Positions 38,401 through 51,399 of a stretch of 64,000 bases of DNA are shown here, piece by piece. The DNA comes from Trichoplax adhaerens (taxonomy: Eukaryota; Animalia; Placozoa): assembly GCF_000150275.1 (NCBI RefSeq), contig NW_002060946.1, positions 5,289,454 through 5,353,453 of the forward strand, written 5' to 3'. Made by a program: the position numbers and the translations under genes. The notes beneath the pieces are model-generated. The model had not been told where the DNA came from and did not search any database. It worked only from the letters and a program-made list of their open reading frames with translations. Within the stretch, counting starts at the first letter, position 1, and every line of letters starts with the position of its first letter.

Positions 38401-41400
38401 AATTAACTAAAAGATGTTGCTCATGACGAAATTGTAAAATATTCTGGAAATAAAACAGAAAAAAGCCGGTTGTTCAAAGTAATAATAGGATTTATAAAAG
38501 AAACCAATAAGCCGCTGTGAGGTGACTACAATTGGAAAACTTGCTACCAGCACTTTAATAGCAAGTTATTTCTATTACCAAGATTAAACACTACTGAAGT
38601 ACATTAAATATAGACAGGTTTGATTAATTTTTGGAGTTAACAATGTCAGTATAATGAGCGATAAACTAATTGATGGTGCCATAAAGGAAATAGTCCTAGC
38701 TTTAAGATAGGTTTAAATTGTGTAGGAAAGCATTCTTATCGACGTCAAATGGACCCTTAAGCAACATCACTAGAGAAATCATCAAAATCATTTTGCTATT
38801 ACTGTGTAGAAATTGTTTCCATCTGAATTTCAATCGGAAACAAGTTAATTACTGAAGTAAAAGAATGGACGAATCTATTCATGAACATGTCTGTAACGCC
38901 AACATTAATTCAGTAGCTAGAAAAGGTCACGTACATTGTGTTAATTAGAGGTAAATTAGTAGAATTGGAGCATGATAAATTCAATCATGTATTTTCTTAT
39001 TCTTAATCCATTTCCTATTGATTGGATTAGTTATTTCTTTAAATTTTTCTTACCTTTACCATTAACAGCAACAACAATTTCTGACAAGTAACTTATCCAG
39101 ATTAACCTGTTTAAACGATAGCAGAAAAATTGATAATAAGAATGTTAAGTAATATGTCAAGCTAACTTGATTTTTTAATTACCAGTAAGCAAATAGGGTA
39201 AAAAGACGGTGAAATTAGTTACAAATACTAATTTCAGTAGCAACTGGTAGATACCGCAAAAAGACAAGTTGAATTGATAGATTATTGGAATTTATTGGCT
39301 ATAGGCTAAAGTATAGGTATCAATTAATACCTTTTCTACAGTAACTCTAACTGATTTCAATAATGGTGATCGTTACTGTTTATCAAATTCATATCGGTTA
39401 AAAAATGTTTCAGGCTAATAAATACATAGAATTAATATTCCAACTGATATCTAACAATGCCGGCTATTCCCAGTGATATAACTGGAAATTACCTTAAAAT
39501 ATAGACAACAATTGAAGAAAATAGAATCGTTGATTGGTTGTTAACCAAGAACAAAGTTATTATGCTTGCAGAATATTAATTAAATTCTCATCAAGATTAT
39601 ATTTGCAATTAAAATAGCTAAAGTAAATTGACTTTATATAATAGCTCTAAAATAAATGACAAAATAAACGTCAGCTATGACTAATTGCTAGCTTTTAGTC
39701 AAGGCAGTTTATTATTTCCAAGTCAATATGAAAATTATATCAGGAAGAACAGTCTTTACTGGCAATTCGATAGGAGAACAAAATTTGAAATGTAAGGTTT
39801 AGCTATAGGTACGAATAGTAATATTGTAGGCTTAAACTCGACGTGTATTTCAACTCGAACTTTCTAGCCATAGGAAAAAGGAAAGGATAGAATTTAATGG
39901 ATTTAAAATTAAGCAAATAATAAAGTATAAATGGAGTTTTGATGACTTACCACTCTTTCAATAAAGATTAAATTGATATTAACTTGACTTATCAATCTAT
40001 GCTTGTAATGTCATGGCGCTTTTTCTTTTAATACAAGCTAATTAAATCAAGTTTACTTACTGATTGCTCCTGATTGGTAACTAATATGATAGAATTACTA
40101 TATTGTTTTGGCTTTGATTTGACAGCTGTTGTCAAGGGTAAATCAACAATTTTATTTTGTCATTTTAATTCATTATCAATATTCTTTTTCTCATCCATCA
40201 AGTTTTATCAAGGACCATTATTACGTTACAATAATATTATTATTAGTAAAACGCCTTTCTTTCAACCTACCTACACTAAGCTACCATGGACATAATAAAA
40301 AAATAAATAACTACTTGTGTTTTAATTTAACTACTAACAAGATGATCGGAGTAACAACGATTTAAATATAAACCTTTTCTACGTCGTGACTGTAGTTTAG
40401 AAAAGAAATGTACCTTCTATTCATTTTGAACTGCTAAAGTTCTCCTTCATTCTTACTATAACAGCTTTAACTTTGATTAATATCAAATCATTGTTATAAT
40501 CAAAAGATAAGACACAATACAGTAGTGGATAAGATAGAATTTATTTCTGTACAAAGTCCATTAATTAAAAATATTATTGTTGTCGCTTTGTTTTAACTCA
40601 TAGAGATTATCTCTAAGTTATATCCAACATCTTCTTTAAATTAAATTGTTTTCCTGCTTTACGTAATACAGAGTGTGAGCTCACGTTAAAAGCGAATAGT
40701 AGAGAACAGGAAAGACCGGATGATAGCTATTGACCTAGCCGGAGACCAAGGGAAATTATTGACTTATAGAAATAGCTTGTTGGAAATCATTGAACAACAT
40801 CCTCCATCTAAACTGAATTAACTAACATTTTTATTCTCTTACGCAACTGTAATGATGAAATATTAATAAATTTGAGTCAATAGATCAAACTGGTCTAGGG
40901 TGTCTACGTTTCTATTTTTTGTTATTTTTCTTCTTCACTTTTACTATAACAACTTGCCCAAGAACAGTAAGGTAACCTTTAGTCTTATGCGGCATTTTAG
41001 ATGCAATTTCCTTCTTCTTTCGTCTATGCTAACAGGGATGTTTGCTAGTCAATCAAAATACTGGAATACGTTATAGCTTGGTTGTAGGGAATAAATTTTT
41101 TCTCTTCATTTCTACCTTGCCTGCTTTAACCAACTGCATAGAGAATAACCAATTATAATAGCCATCAACTTAGCCTAGCAACATAACGCATATAAAACAT
41201 ATATTAGATTTACAGCAACAGCGGCGCTTTTGTTATACGTCAAAATAATCCATTTTGTTGATATTTGCTATCTAGCAGTTTATTTAACTATTCCACTGCT
41301 TTGATAAGATATACTTAAAGAGGTGTACCCGCAATGATAGCTTCCATTAATAAATAGGTTATATTAAATTAGCTAATACATCTATGCAAATCTACGTACA

Positions 41401-43265
41401 CAATCTTAGGTGGTGATGGCATTATATAGATTTACTCGTTATCATAGTCAGAATTTTTCAGCCCAAGGACTGATTAGATAGTGTATTAATTAGGCTTGAA
41501 ATTGAAACTTAAACTAATAGGTGATCATTTCTTGAATCTCTTCATGACAGGATTAATTGTATATGATGTTTAATTGGATCTGAAATCGTATTTATTGTTC
41601 AGATTAAAGTGGATAATGACACTGATAAAGATTTCAAATCCAGACTTACTCTATTCATTCTAATTTTAAACTATCTAATACATAATTTATCGATAGAAAA
41701 ACTAGAAACTACCCCTGTTATAGATTAATTATAGCGCTTAAGTTTATTGTCTATGTTAATTCAAAAGCTGTCAAAATATCTTAAGAGAAAAGTTATGTAT
41801 TCATAGAAAAAAGAGATTCCGTTTTGAGTGGTACCGCATTGATCAGTAAATTGAAAATCGAAGACTATGGAGATTCTAAATTTGTGTGTAATCCCATGAT
41901 ATTAAATTAAAATTTTGTCAACTGTAAATAATATTAAAGTATGGTTGGTCGTATTCGTAGAACTAAAGCGATCCAATTGGCACAGCCAGCCGATAGAATG
42001 AGAATGGAAAAATTTAATCCTGATTTTCGTATGATAAATATATAGGAACACGCCTATACTTGTAGCCACAATTATCTTTCCGTTAGCCTAAACTGCTACG
42101 AACACAAACCAAGATATTTATGTGATTGAATAAAAACAAAATAATAATACTTCCTGTTTAATTGACAGCATCACCAAATGGGAAAATAGTGGCCTGATAA
42201 TGCTCATTTAATTTTCATCAAGTTATTTTCTTTCTTATTCAACATTACTATTGCACGTAACCTTATTCGCAATTCTATCTAATAACAGTGATTTAATTAT
42301 ATGAAATGAAGTCCTTTACACGCTACGGAATGAACATTCCAATCAATACTGATTGTCTCTAAGTCTATTTCTTTATTCAAAAATTTATTTGCAGCTGTGT
42401 TCCATGATATTCACTACCTAACTGATAATTTAGATTGAAAAGACAACATTGGGCTGATAAATAACAATTTGTATTATGATTAATTAATTAATCATATTTT
42501 AGTGATCGTACGTAGATAGTCTTAAGAACAGGATATCCTTTATTTCCCTAATTAGCCTTGTCTTCGAACTTCGGATATCATCAACTTAACTTGCTCACAC
42601 AGTTTATAGCTATGATAATAACTATTATTTATACAAGAATAGCTAATAATACTTCAATAGGGATTTCTTTGCAGATACAATTTCCATATGTCAACAACCT
42701 ATCAACACCATAGTCAATTCAAACTGAAAATACAACCTTCTATTTGATGGTGATTTAGGTTAATTCGTTCGTTGAAATAATGAGACACCGGGTAAGGACT
42801 ATATTACTTAAAAAATACCATGTGATAAACGATTGCCAGACAATTCAACGTTGACTTCAGTAATTGTTACTTATTTAAGAACGATATCAAAAGATGCCAG
42901 AAACAAAAAACCTTTTGCATGATTTTATGCATCCATAATGCAGGGCAACAAGGCTATTCAATATAATGCAATACTTTTCTGTACATTATAAATTACTGTA
43001 TTATTTAAAAATGTCATTTACTTCACAAAGTTTTATCCTTTTTAAATCATTGCCTTACTATTATACATGTCTTTAAGGATTGACTTTATAGTGAAGGCGA
43101 CAGATAAGTGTCCAGTACAGTACTTGCTATTCCACACAAATTTTGTGTGGTTGTGGAAAAATAAGTATAGCCTTCTACAATAATGAGTAATTAATTAATA
43201 TATGATAGATAACTTGAATTTTTAAATATCTAAATTCATAACAATTTATTGATAAATGTATATTA

Positions 43266-46086
43266 TCAGTTGGCAAAAAATCCACATTTGTCATTGTTGC
43301 TGCGCTCTTCTCGTTTCAATGTCTGCAGTAATTCCTGATTGAGAGGGACAGCTGCTTGTCTAGCAGTCTGGAAGTAAATCAATATTACGTTCTCATTATT
43401 TATGGCGTTTTATTAGTCAGTCATTGCTGTAGGTAACAATGGCTATGTGAAGATTGCAAACACTGCTATATCGAAATCATAATTATTACGAATATTAGAT
43501 ATACTTATTAGTTAAGCAATTACTGATGGGCTACCTCAATCATTTCAAAAATGGTTGACGGATCTAAACTACCAGTACCACTCTTTTGCAGAGAACAAAT
43601 GTTATTGCGATCATTTACTGCTATGAGCAAACGGCCTGATGAACAGCATTCTTCTTCCTGAGTTGCATCCACAACATAACGATGCCCAATCTAGTACAAT
43701 GTATTAGTTAACAAATTCGATTACGAACCTTACCAATTTCAATAGAACTTCTTTAAACGATAAGATAACTTAACTAGGTACTGTATTCAAATTCCATTAC
43801 CACCTATAGCCAGTATAATTTTTTATAGTATCAAACCTTATTGCAACTGACAATAACTGGAACTTTATCTATTGATAACTTTTTTTCGTCGTTTGGGTCA
43901 TCAGATATTTCTAACTCAAGCACTCCTTCCTCATCGTTAACTGAAACCCCAGGAATTCTGTAAATAATTTAGGAAAAACATTTATATCAAAATATCTACC
44001 ATAAACAGTTTCCAATAGATCGAATAAATATAATTACTTACCGAGTGTTGTATAAAGCAGCTTTAACCGCGATAGAAATACAATCAAGTAAGTTACCGCA
44101 GCACTCCAGAACCTAGGAATTCAAAATTATTATATGAGATCATATATCGCAGCAAGCTCGTAAATACGAGAAGAATAGCAATATCTACATGCGAATATTA
44201 ACTCATCTTAATTCACAGCCGATTAAAAATTAATTTATTATTTTTATTTTACCACAGCGTCAATGTAGAGAACCCAAACTTGTTCTCCAGCTATAATTGT
44301 CAATGACTTTAGGTCTAATACATTTTCAGAATCGTAAATTCTTTCCAGGGATTTTGTTAATTGTGTTGTGAAATCTCCAATATGTCCATCGATTTCCGTG
44401 GTATTGTATGATGAACTAGAATGATAAAGATTTGTTTATGAGTAGAATGAAACTTTTCTCCACAGAATCAATATATCATCTACTGCTATCACATCTATAA
44501 CATGATGCACTGGTGAGTTTAAAAGTAGCTGCTTAAGGTATCGTAGCGATAAGTTTCGATACTGTTAATGCAGGATTTCTTGTTGTTATAATAGCAGTTT
44601 TTCTCACCAATCTACGTAGAATTCAAGGTGTCCTGTATTAGATCTTTCCTGTTTCGGTTGACCAATCTCAGCTTTAATTCCAACTAATACATCGGTACCG
44701 TACTTTAAAAGAATGAAAGAAGAAAAGGAAAGTGAATCAGATTTTAGAAGTTAGTTATAGCATGGTAAGTACAGCACTGTTAGTATAGTTCCTTTTACTG
44801 TAGTTTTGATGGGTAGATAAATAATTCATTAGAATAGAATCCCTTGTTCAAGGTAACACCTAGCTAGCCTCAACATAGGAACCGTGTAGAAGTCGACTGG
44901 ATATGGCAAGTTGGCAACCGCAAGCAGACAGCAATCTTAACTCATTGTCACACTCTGATGCACAGTAATCTTTCTATTGTAAACACTACAGCATCTTTCC
45001 AATTTGCAAACCGTAGACTCAGTCCTTTTAAGTAGGTTACTATAGTGTTTAGTAATAATTCACTAATTGCAATCGTTTCATTACTTGGTCTGAAAGTTAA
45101 TCCATATTGAACAGTATTTACTGTAACCAACATAGAATAAACTAGTTCTGGCCTTTTAGGCATTTAGTAACGTATTGCTAGTATTTCTTACTGAAAATGT
45201 GTAGCAGTTACTGAGACATGGAGTAGTCTTCAACTACGAAATGCTGTAATGGAATAAACATGCATCATGAATAGCTAATAAAGTTAGCCAAAATAGATAA
45301 AACTTCGTGCATCCATTGTCAGTACTAGGGCAAAGAGACATAGATAGCTTAGAATAGACAGGCAATGACTAATACACATATTTAATTTAATTTTTATCAT
45401 CAGCCTTTGTGAATACTACATCGTCCGTAGTAGCTGAATTTACAGTCTTGACGTAACAAGGAGATCCATCGGTGCTTTACGTCGGATTATCTTTCAATCC
45501 AAGCTCCATCTTGTGGAATTGGATTGAATTTATTACTGCCTATTGTAGACAATGTTATACACCTTTACAAGGGATCTAGTATAGGGTAAATCAGGTTATT
45601 TTCAAGCACTACATTGCCTTCCATCGCAATGTCATGATGCAGAAGTAGGTCTCCGTTCAACCGATGGACGTCGATGCAGTACTACTACGCATATAAGCAG
45701 GTAATCAGGTAAAATAGCGGCATAAAAGAGAGTATCCACTTTATCTAGTCGTTACATAGGACAATTTACTTTGACTACAAGTAAACATCGTTACTCTATA
45801 CAGTATAATTAATGGTCAACGTTTCAACGATACCATGAAAGAAAGCTATGTTGGCAAGAAAGATGACCACAAGTGCACAGCGAGCAGAAAATGAATGCAT
45901 ACTTCTGCTGCGATTCGCAGCACTTACTTGACGTAAACGAGCAGAACCATTGGTATTGGAGACAATTCCTGTCTCTATTTGAAATCGTCTAAAGTCAATA
46001 CATCTTCTGCCATCAGCTCGGCAGTCTTGTGTTACTCCATCAACGATAAATTGCTTTCGACCCTCCGATAGGGTAGAGGAAGACAT
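43266..46086 (-). CDS. EXOSC7: Exosome complex component RRP42, 288 aa, 7 exons
   Basis: Exons 45928-46086, 44608-44702, 44253-44415, 44042-44112, 43837-43957, 43535-43690, 43266-43367. Sequence: MSSSTLSEGRKQFIVDGVTQDCRADGR..ETGIVSNTNGSARL..TDVLVGIKAEIG..WVLYIDAVVLECCGNLLDCISIAVKAALYNTRIP..LEISDDP..IGHRYVVDATQEEE..KCGFFAN*. Confidence 0.95.
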
Positions 46087-46488
46087 GATTGCAATGATTT
46101 CGTGCTGGTGGACAGAGAGTCTGCTGCTGGTGTTGCTATGCTTACCATAGTAGTCTACAGTATGCTGGCGTGTATCTAGGCAGAGTAGTGTAGTCACGAG
46201 CCAATACTCTGCAGCATACTCGTACTATGCGATATAGTATAATACAACTTAATTATACTCTATCACTTTCAGTGCTGACATACTTCCTAAGGCTTTAGTA
46301 TGGATGCTTTGGACTGTTCAGAACGCTGTTTTCAGCCGCTAGGCACCAACCGGGGACTACTGTACTCTTGCATCAAATTGAACTGGTAAAACGGTCCATA
46401 ACGAGTATTTACCTATACAACTCCTATAACAAATGATCAATTTGAGTAGCAACCCTGTAGAACGATCATGGCGGCCTTATTGAATTGA

Positions 46489-47323
46489 AAGCCGATGAGA
46501 AATCATCCATTTCAATGAGGATTTGTGATTTTAATGGCCAATTAAATCTATGGGAGATTTCGGCCAGCTGTAAGCCGAAGACAAATGATCAATTTCAATG
46601 AGGATTTGTGATTTTAATGGCCAATTTAAATCTATGGAAGATTTCGGCCAGTTGTAAGCCGAAGAGAAATGATCAATTTCAATGAGGATTTGTGATTTTA
46701 ATGGCCAATTTAAATCTATGGAAGATTTCGGCCAGTTGTAAGCCGAAGAGAAATCATCCATTTCAATGAGGATTTGTGATTAAATGGCCAATTTAAATCT
46801 ATGGAAGATTTCGGCCAGTTGTAAGCCGAAGAGAAATCATCCATTTCAATGAGGATTTGTGATTTTAATGGCCAATTAAATCTATGGGAGATTTCGGCCA
46901 GTTGTAAGCCGATGAGAAATCATCCATTTCAATGAGGATTTGTGATTAAATGGCCAATTTGATTCTATAGAAGATTTCGGCCAGTTGTAAGCCGAAGAGA
47001 AATGATCAATTTCAATGAGGATTTGTGATTTTAATGGCCAATTTTAATCTATGGAAGATTTCGGCCAGTTGTAAGCCGAAGAGAAATGATCCATTTCAAT
47101 GAGGATTCGGGATTTTAGTGGCCAATTTAATTCTATGGAAGATTTCGGCCAGTTGTAAGCCGATGAGAAATCATCCATTTCAATGAGGATTCGGGATTTT
47201 AGTGGACAATTTAATTCTATGGAAGATTTCGGCCAGTCGTAAGCCGATGAGAAATGATCAATTTCAATGAGGATTTGCGATTTAATGGCCAATTTAATTC
47301 TATAGAAGATTTCGGCCAGTTGT
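46489..47323. repeat. Homogeneous minisatellite, 10 x 83-84 bp
   Basis: Units start at aagccg: 46489, 46572, 46656, 46740, 46823, 46906, 46989, 47073, 47157 and 47241. Consensus aagccgaagagaaatcatccatttcaatgaggatttgtgattttaatggccaatttaaatctatggaagatttcggccagttgt. Confidence 0.97.
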
Positions 47324-48846
47324 ACTGTTACAAATATCTGTCAATTCCGTGTTCTACGTATGATTAAGATGTTTCTACGCTTAAGCATTGTATCCTTGCT
47401 GTCAGCCACGTCATTGCCGTAGAGGCGAAGAGACTGCATACAATGGCAATTTTATAGTAATTGAATTTTACCTTGCAAGACAACATATTCAAAATGTCAT
47501 CTAGAATTAATATGTTGGCAATCGATATCAGCTTGAGACGAAGTTACTAGTATTTCACATCAGCACGTTATTTAGATGCAGTATTTATAGTGCTGTAGAA
47601 CCAGCCAAATGCAGTACATAGTTTTGTCACCAACGCAACAGACTGAAGGTGGGAAATCGATGTTTCTGTATTTCCAAAACCAACATTGGTGCAAACTGAT
47701 CCTGCAAAACCTTCGACAGGTGTAGCTACGATGGTAGTTGCATGATTCAGTCATTTCATAAGAATGAATGATCATTAGTCTAAAGTCCTCATGAATTGTT
47801 ACACTCACCAACAATTAAAGTAGGCAAGGGTATCTCTACGGATTTAGGTTAACAAAACTCACCCGTGAGGACGGATGCTAATCTAATTTTTTTGCAAAAC
47901 TGAAGATGGATAGGGTGGCTGGTACTTCGGTAGCAATAGGAAGATTCATAAAATGTTCATTTCGAGGCCTCACGACCCATCTATACTGTCATGATTGAAG
48001 TCAAATATCTCCCTTTGAAAATTGATCGATAGACAACACTGATATTAATAGCAACATCGAATCAATTTCATCGCCTAACGGTTAAACTTTTTAACAGTAT
48101 CTAAAATCGTGGAGGCTTTTTACAGGAGGATACTACCAGTAAAGCGGTATAACGAATGGGCAAAGAGATTGGCTGGTGTAGTCAATACATAGTAATTCTA
48201 ATTGTTCATATTGAAATCAATTAAAGATACTTTACTGGCAACTGCGGTAGTTAATTTGAACGATAACTATATTTTTTACGCAGCAACGATTACCATTTAA
48301 GGTCTCGTTGATTCCAATGAATTTGGAAAATAGGTCGAAATTTGTTCAGTATACCAACCGTTCCTATAAGGTATAGATTCATTCCTTGAATGGCTTGTTA
48401 CGAAACTAATTGGCTTATAACGAAACTAATGATTCATCCAGAGAAGGTGTTACTAGGTAACTAGGGTAATAAAAACTAGAAGTGTCAAATTGCTAAGGGC
48501 ATTTATGGGTAAACAGCAGGGGTAGTTTAAATTATTTTTAGGCAGTATACATACTGTAATGTAGTACAATAATTTATCTCGTGCCGGCAACATATTAAGG
48601 AAGAATATTTTGCTGACGTAGCTATTTTTATTGTGGCTAAGATAAAACCACCATGACTTTTTCGTACAATCTTTCTCTTACATGTAAATAGAAATCATAT
48701 TTGAGTATCATCGTGAAAGCATCCATTACAAGTGTAATTAATTTTATAATTTGCTCGAATAGCTAAGCTAGCTGATATGAAGACAAGTTAAACAGAAATC
48801 GACGGATATTCTACAGTCTTGGACTTCTACACGTTTTGAACTTGTG

Positions 48847-51399
48847 ATGGCTTCTAATATATGTAGTGATGACATATGCTCAATTTGTCTGTGCCCATTT
48901 GACGATCCAGTTATGATTGATACCTGTTATCATTGGTAGGAAAATTATCATAGATACCGACATATTATTATATTGTACTGACATAAACTAATGAGGAATG
49001 GTTGAAGTAATCATAGACGGACATTGAATTTGATTTGCCATTTAGGAAGTAGCGGATGTATCATTAACATACATATTGTTACAATCTCGAGCATCCATTT
49101 TAATGGGCTCTTAGGTTATACTTTATCGAACGGATCTGCTGTAAATAACCGTAGTAGACGTTTTACTTCTGAGCTTAGTCATTGGAACAAAGTTTAAAGA
49201 CAAAACACACTTTGACGAGTTCATTAGCAATAATTTTAGAACTAATCAAATAACTCCACTCTTTTCATAGTAATTGTAATTATAAGTACGGCAACTGATG
49301 CATTCGTTGGCAAGGCTCTCCTTATTTTCATGTAGTAAGTTATACAATCAATAGTTTGCGCAATATTACGTACGTGGGTACTATTTTACCCGTAGCATTA
49401 TCATTCGTGTGGTACCGATTTGCACGCCCTCGATAAAAGGAACTTTAAAATGAGCCTTAAGCGAAGATCATTACAGTAGTAGAATTCGTAACAAAAACAA
49501 GATTATACTATGCTAACGCACTGGCGGATTTAACGTATAAACTAATTAATGAATTATCAACTAATTATGAGTTCATTTGATCTGATCCAGTTTTTGTAGT
49601 AGCTGTATTAAAACCGCGGTACAGAATCAATCTAATACGTGTCCATTATGCCGTGGACCTTGCGATATATCTCGATTGCGGCCTATCGAAATCACTAAGG
49701 TTGGATTCAATTTGTGACTCATTAATGGCAAATTAGCACAAACAAGATTTGCATACTATATGCTTTAAATATTAGACAGATTCGGTATATTCATTTTCAC
49801 GGTGTTTCTAGTACAGCACTCATCGGCTTTAAATACAGTAGAACCATATAAAAATAGTTCTTGTTCGCCTAATATACGCTAGCATACGGTAATATCTTTC
49901 GTTGGTAACTTCATCTTATTCTCGCCCATCTCTCGTTTTATCTATTGTATATCGAAACCAATATTATAATTAAAAACTTAATTGAACCTTGAATTAATTC
50001 TTTTGGCGTGTTTGGGTTGAACTTGCTGCATTTGGTAGATTGGCGCGTAAGTATTCATTTTTTGGGCTATAAAATTGGATGATGACATAGCCTAAATGTA
50101 GCAAAAAATGAACTCTTTTACAGTATTAGAGCATATCTAAAGATGTAGATATATTTAAAGCTAGCAAATACACTGTATCTTCAAAGAACAAGACCCAATA
50201 TAAAACATTGTCGAAGGAATAACCTAATTTATCATTTAATATTCGAATTGTGGCTAATTTGCAGAATTATAACATGTAGTGATATACGAGTATATGATCT
50301 TACAAGCTATATACGTACAGTCCATGCTAACTTTACCATGTAATGTACATACTTTGAAGATAAGCATACGTAAGTAGGTAAAGTTCGGTAAGAATGTTAG
50401 ATATAATATTGCCAAGGCATGATATACAGGCTTAATTTAGATATACTTCAAAATTGAGACTAGTTAATTTAGAAGCGTCAGTGCATACGGTTATGATCCG
50501 AAGTCTCCTTTTGGGATCTGATACTCGATCTTCTAGTAATCTAATTATCATTAACTCTTTTGCTCATTTACACCAGCGCAAACCTAGATTTAAACATCCT
50601 CATCTACTATACTGATGATGGTCTATTCTTTTCTATTCATTGTATTAATACAAATGATTAATTCATAATAATTTCTTAGTGAAAATTTTTATAACTCGTC
50701 ATGTTAGTTCAGTATTTTTAAATCATAAAATTACAGCCAAGAGAATAAATCACAATAAAAAATTCGATAGCCTACCTAAACAACATATAAGTCATATCCT
50801 TTTTCATCATTATGTTTTTGTGACTTTGATACCGCAATTTGACATGTTAGCACTATTTAAGGCTAGAAGTTGTATACCGTACTGTAAATTGATAATGTCA
50901 ATAGATTTATATTTACTAAGGTAAAATTTTATTAATATTGTAAATTTTTCATATATTGCCAGCGGATCTCACTTTAGCTGCCCTATCTGTCAAAATGGCA
51001 GTTTTAGCAGGGAAGAACTGCTAGATCATGTAAATACAAGACATGCAAATAGTACGGGACTGCAACTGATCTGTCCAATCTGTATTGCAATGCCATGGGG
51101 TGATCCTAACCAAAAAAGTGAAGATATTCTACGCCATCTAAATCTTAGACATCGATTTGATTACAATATGTTTATCGTAAGTCACCCAAGTGAAGACCTT
51201 CGCAGTATTAATAGACAGATGTCAATTGCATAAGATTTCTCTATGCTTTACAGTTTCAATGTGTTCTATCTACTAGATTTGTAACAAAATTGCATAAAGT
51301 AATGCACTGATTGTAATCTTATTTAAATTTTAGATGACCGATGTAGACGAAGATGACTGTTTAAATCGGATTCTAGAGCTGTCACTGATTGACAAATAG
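48847..51399 (+). CDS. RNF114/RNF166/RNF138/RNF125-family E3 ubiquitin ligase (C3HC4 RING, Di19-type zinc fingers, UIM)
   Basis: Exons 48847-48935 and 49591-49699 give the RING (CSICLCPFDDPVMIDTCYHCFCSSC..TCPLCR). Exon 50963-51176 gives FSCPIC..LLDHVNTRH..CPICIAMPWGDP..HLNLRHRFDY. Exon 51334-51399 gives the UIM DEDDCLNRILELSLIDK*. A small linking exon is needed between 49699 and 50963 and is unresolved. Confidence 0.88.

Noticed and set aside
38123-38410. Leucine/asparagine-rich 40-aa repeat ORF
   Set aside because: It is a by-product of an AT-rich 120-bp tandem repeat. The first unit is out of frame, and I see no domain consensus or splice support.
43132-43150. Inverted repeat ccacacaaa-t-tttgtgtgg downstream of EXOSC7
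   Set aside because: A 9-bp arm is too short to be significant in 64 kb, and bacterial-type terminators are not relevant here.
46489-47323. CRISPR array, or a 28-aa repeat/LRR protein (ORFs 46531..46761 and 47044..47292)
   Set aside because: There are no unique spacers or cas genes and the context is eukaryotic. The 83-bp units frameshift the ORF, and the peptide lacks the LxxLxLxxN pattern.
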